Below are positions 63,566-64,000 of a DNA stretch of 64,000 bases, one piece after another. This DNA comes from the human T2T-CHM13v2.0 reference genome, Homo sapiens. Position 1 is the stretch's first letter. Each line of letters begins with the position of its first letter. Below the pieces are notes generated by a model. That model was not told where the DNA came from. It worked only from the letters and a program-made list of their open reading frames with translations, and searched no databases. A program made the translations under genes and the position numbers. The stretch lies in the NCBI RefSeq assembly GCF_009914755.1, contig NC_060928.1; one strand, written 5' to 3'.

Positions 63566-64000
63566 CCTACTATGTAAAACTTAAAATAAAAAAAACCAAA
63601 ACATTATCTCACTAACATAGGAGCTAATATTTTGGTGTACTTTGTTTAGTGTTTTATATTAAAAATATGTACATATATATTTATATATAATTAAGAACAT
63701 GTATGTACAATCGTGCATACATCATGTACATACATCTACTTAAGAAAATAGCTATGTAATATACCATTACTCAACTAGATTATAATTTTTTCTCCATTTC
63801 TTTATTGTATGTTATTTATCATTTTCTACTTTTTTGTTTTCTCATTTTTATTGCATAATATTTAATTATGCAAAAAATACATTAAATACATAGAAAATAT
63901 ATAATGTAGCTATAAGAATAAAGAACGATGGTAAAACTAATGCTAATACCCACTACCTGACTTAAAGAATATGATACTATTTTTTTCCAATTGAAATCCC

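Overview
Primate (human-like) genomic DNA, very Alu-rich, with no intact protein-coding gene; most ORFs in the track are Alu, LTR or minisatellite artefacts. After ~4.6 kb of flank (a nested ERVL/MaLR/ERV1 LTR stack), the window is a mosaic segmental-duplication cassette of the GTF2IP / lncRNA / CICP / SEPTIN14P family, which is dispersed in many human copies. In order it contains: a CpG-rich promoter with tandem palindromic CREs abutting a truncated Alu (~4660); one frameshifted GTF2I exon (9212-9322); several Alu-derived or de novo exons; a U6 retrocopy; an old, internally duplicated ~10-13 kb unit whose copies differ by reciprocal insertions; a 4.5-kb GC-rich degenerate 31/32-nt minisatellite; an antisense processed CIC (short isoform) pseudogene that is internally scrambled by inversions, duplications and a large deletion; and the terminal exon of SEPTIN14. 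A perfect 51-bp inverted repeat sits at 59686-59808. Which paralogous locus this is cannot be decided from the sequence alone. Repeat subfamily names and protein comparisons are from memory of consensus sequences and should be confirmed by alignment.
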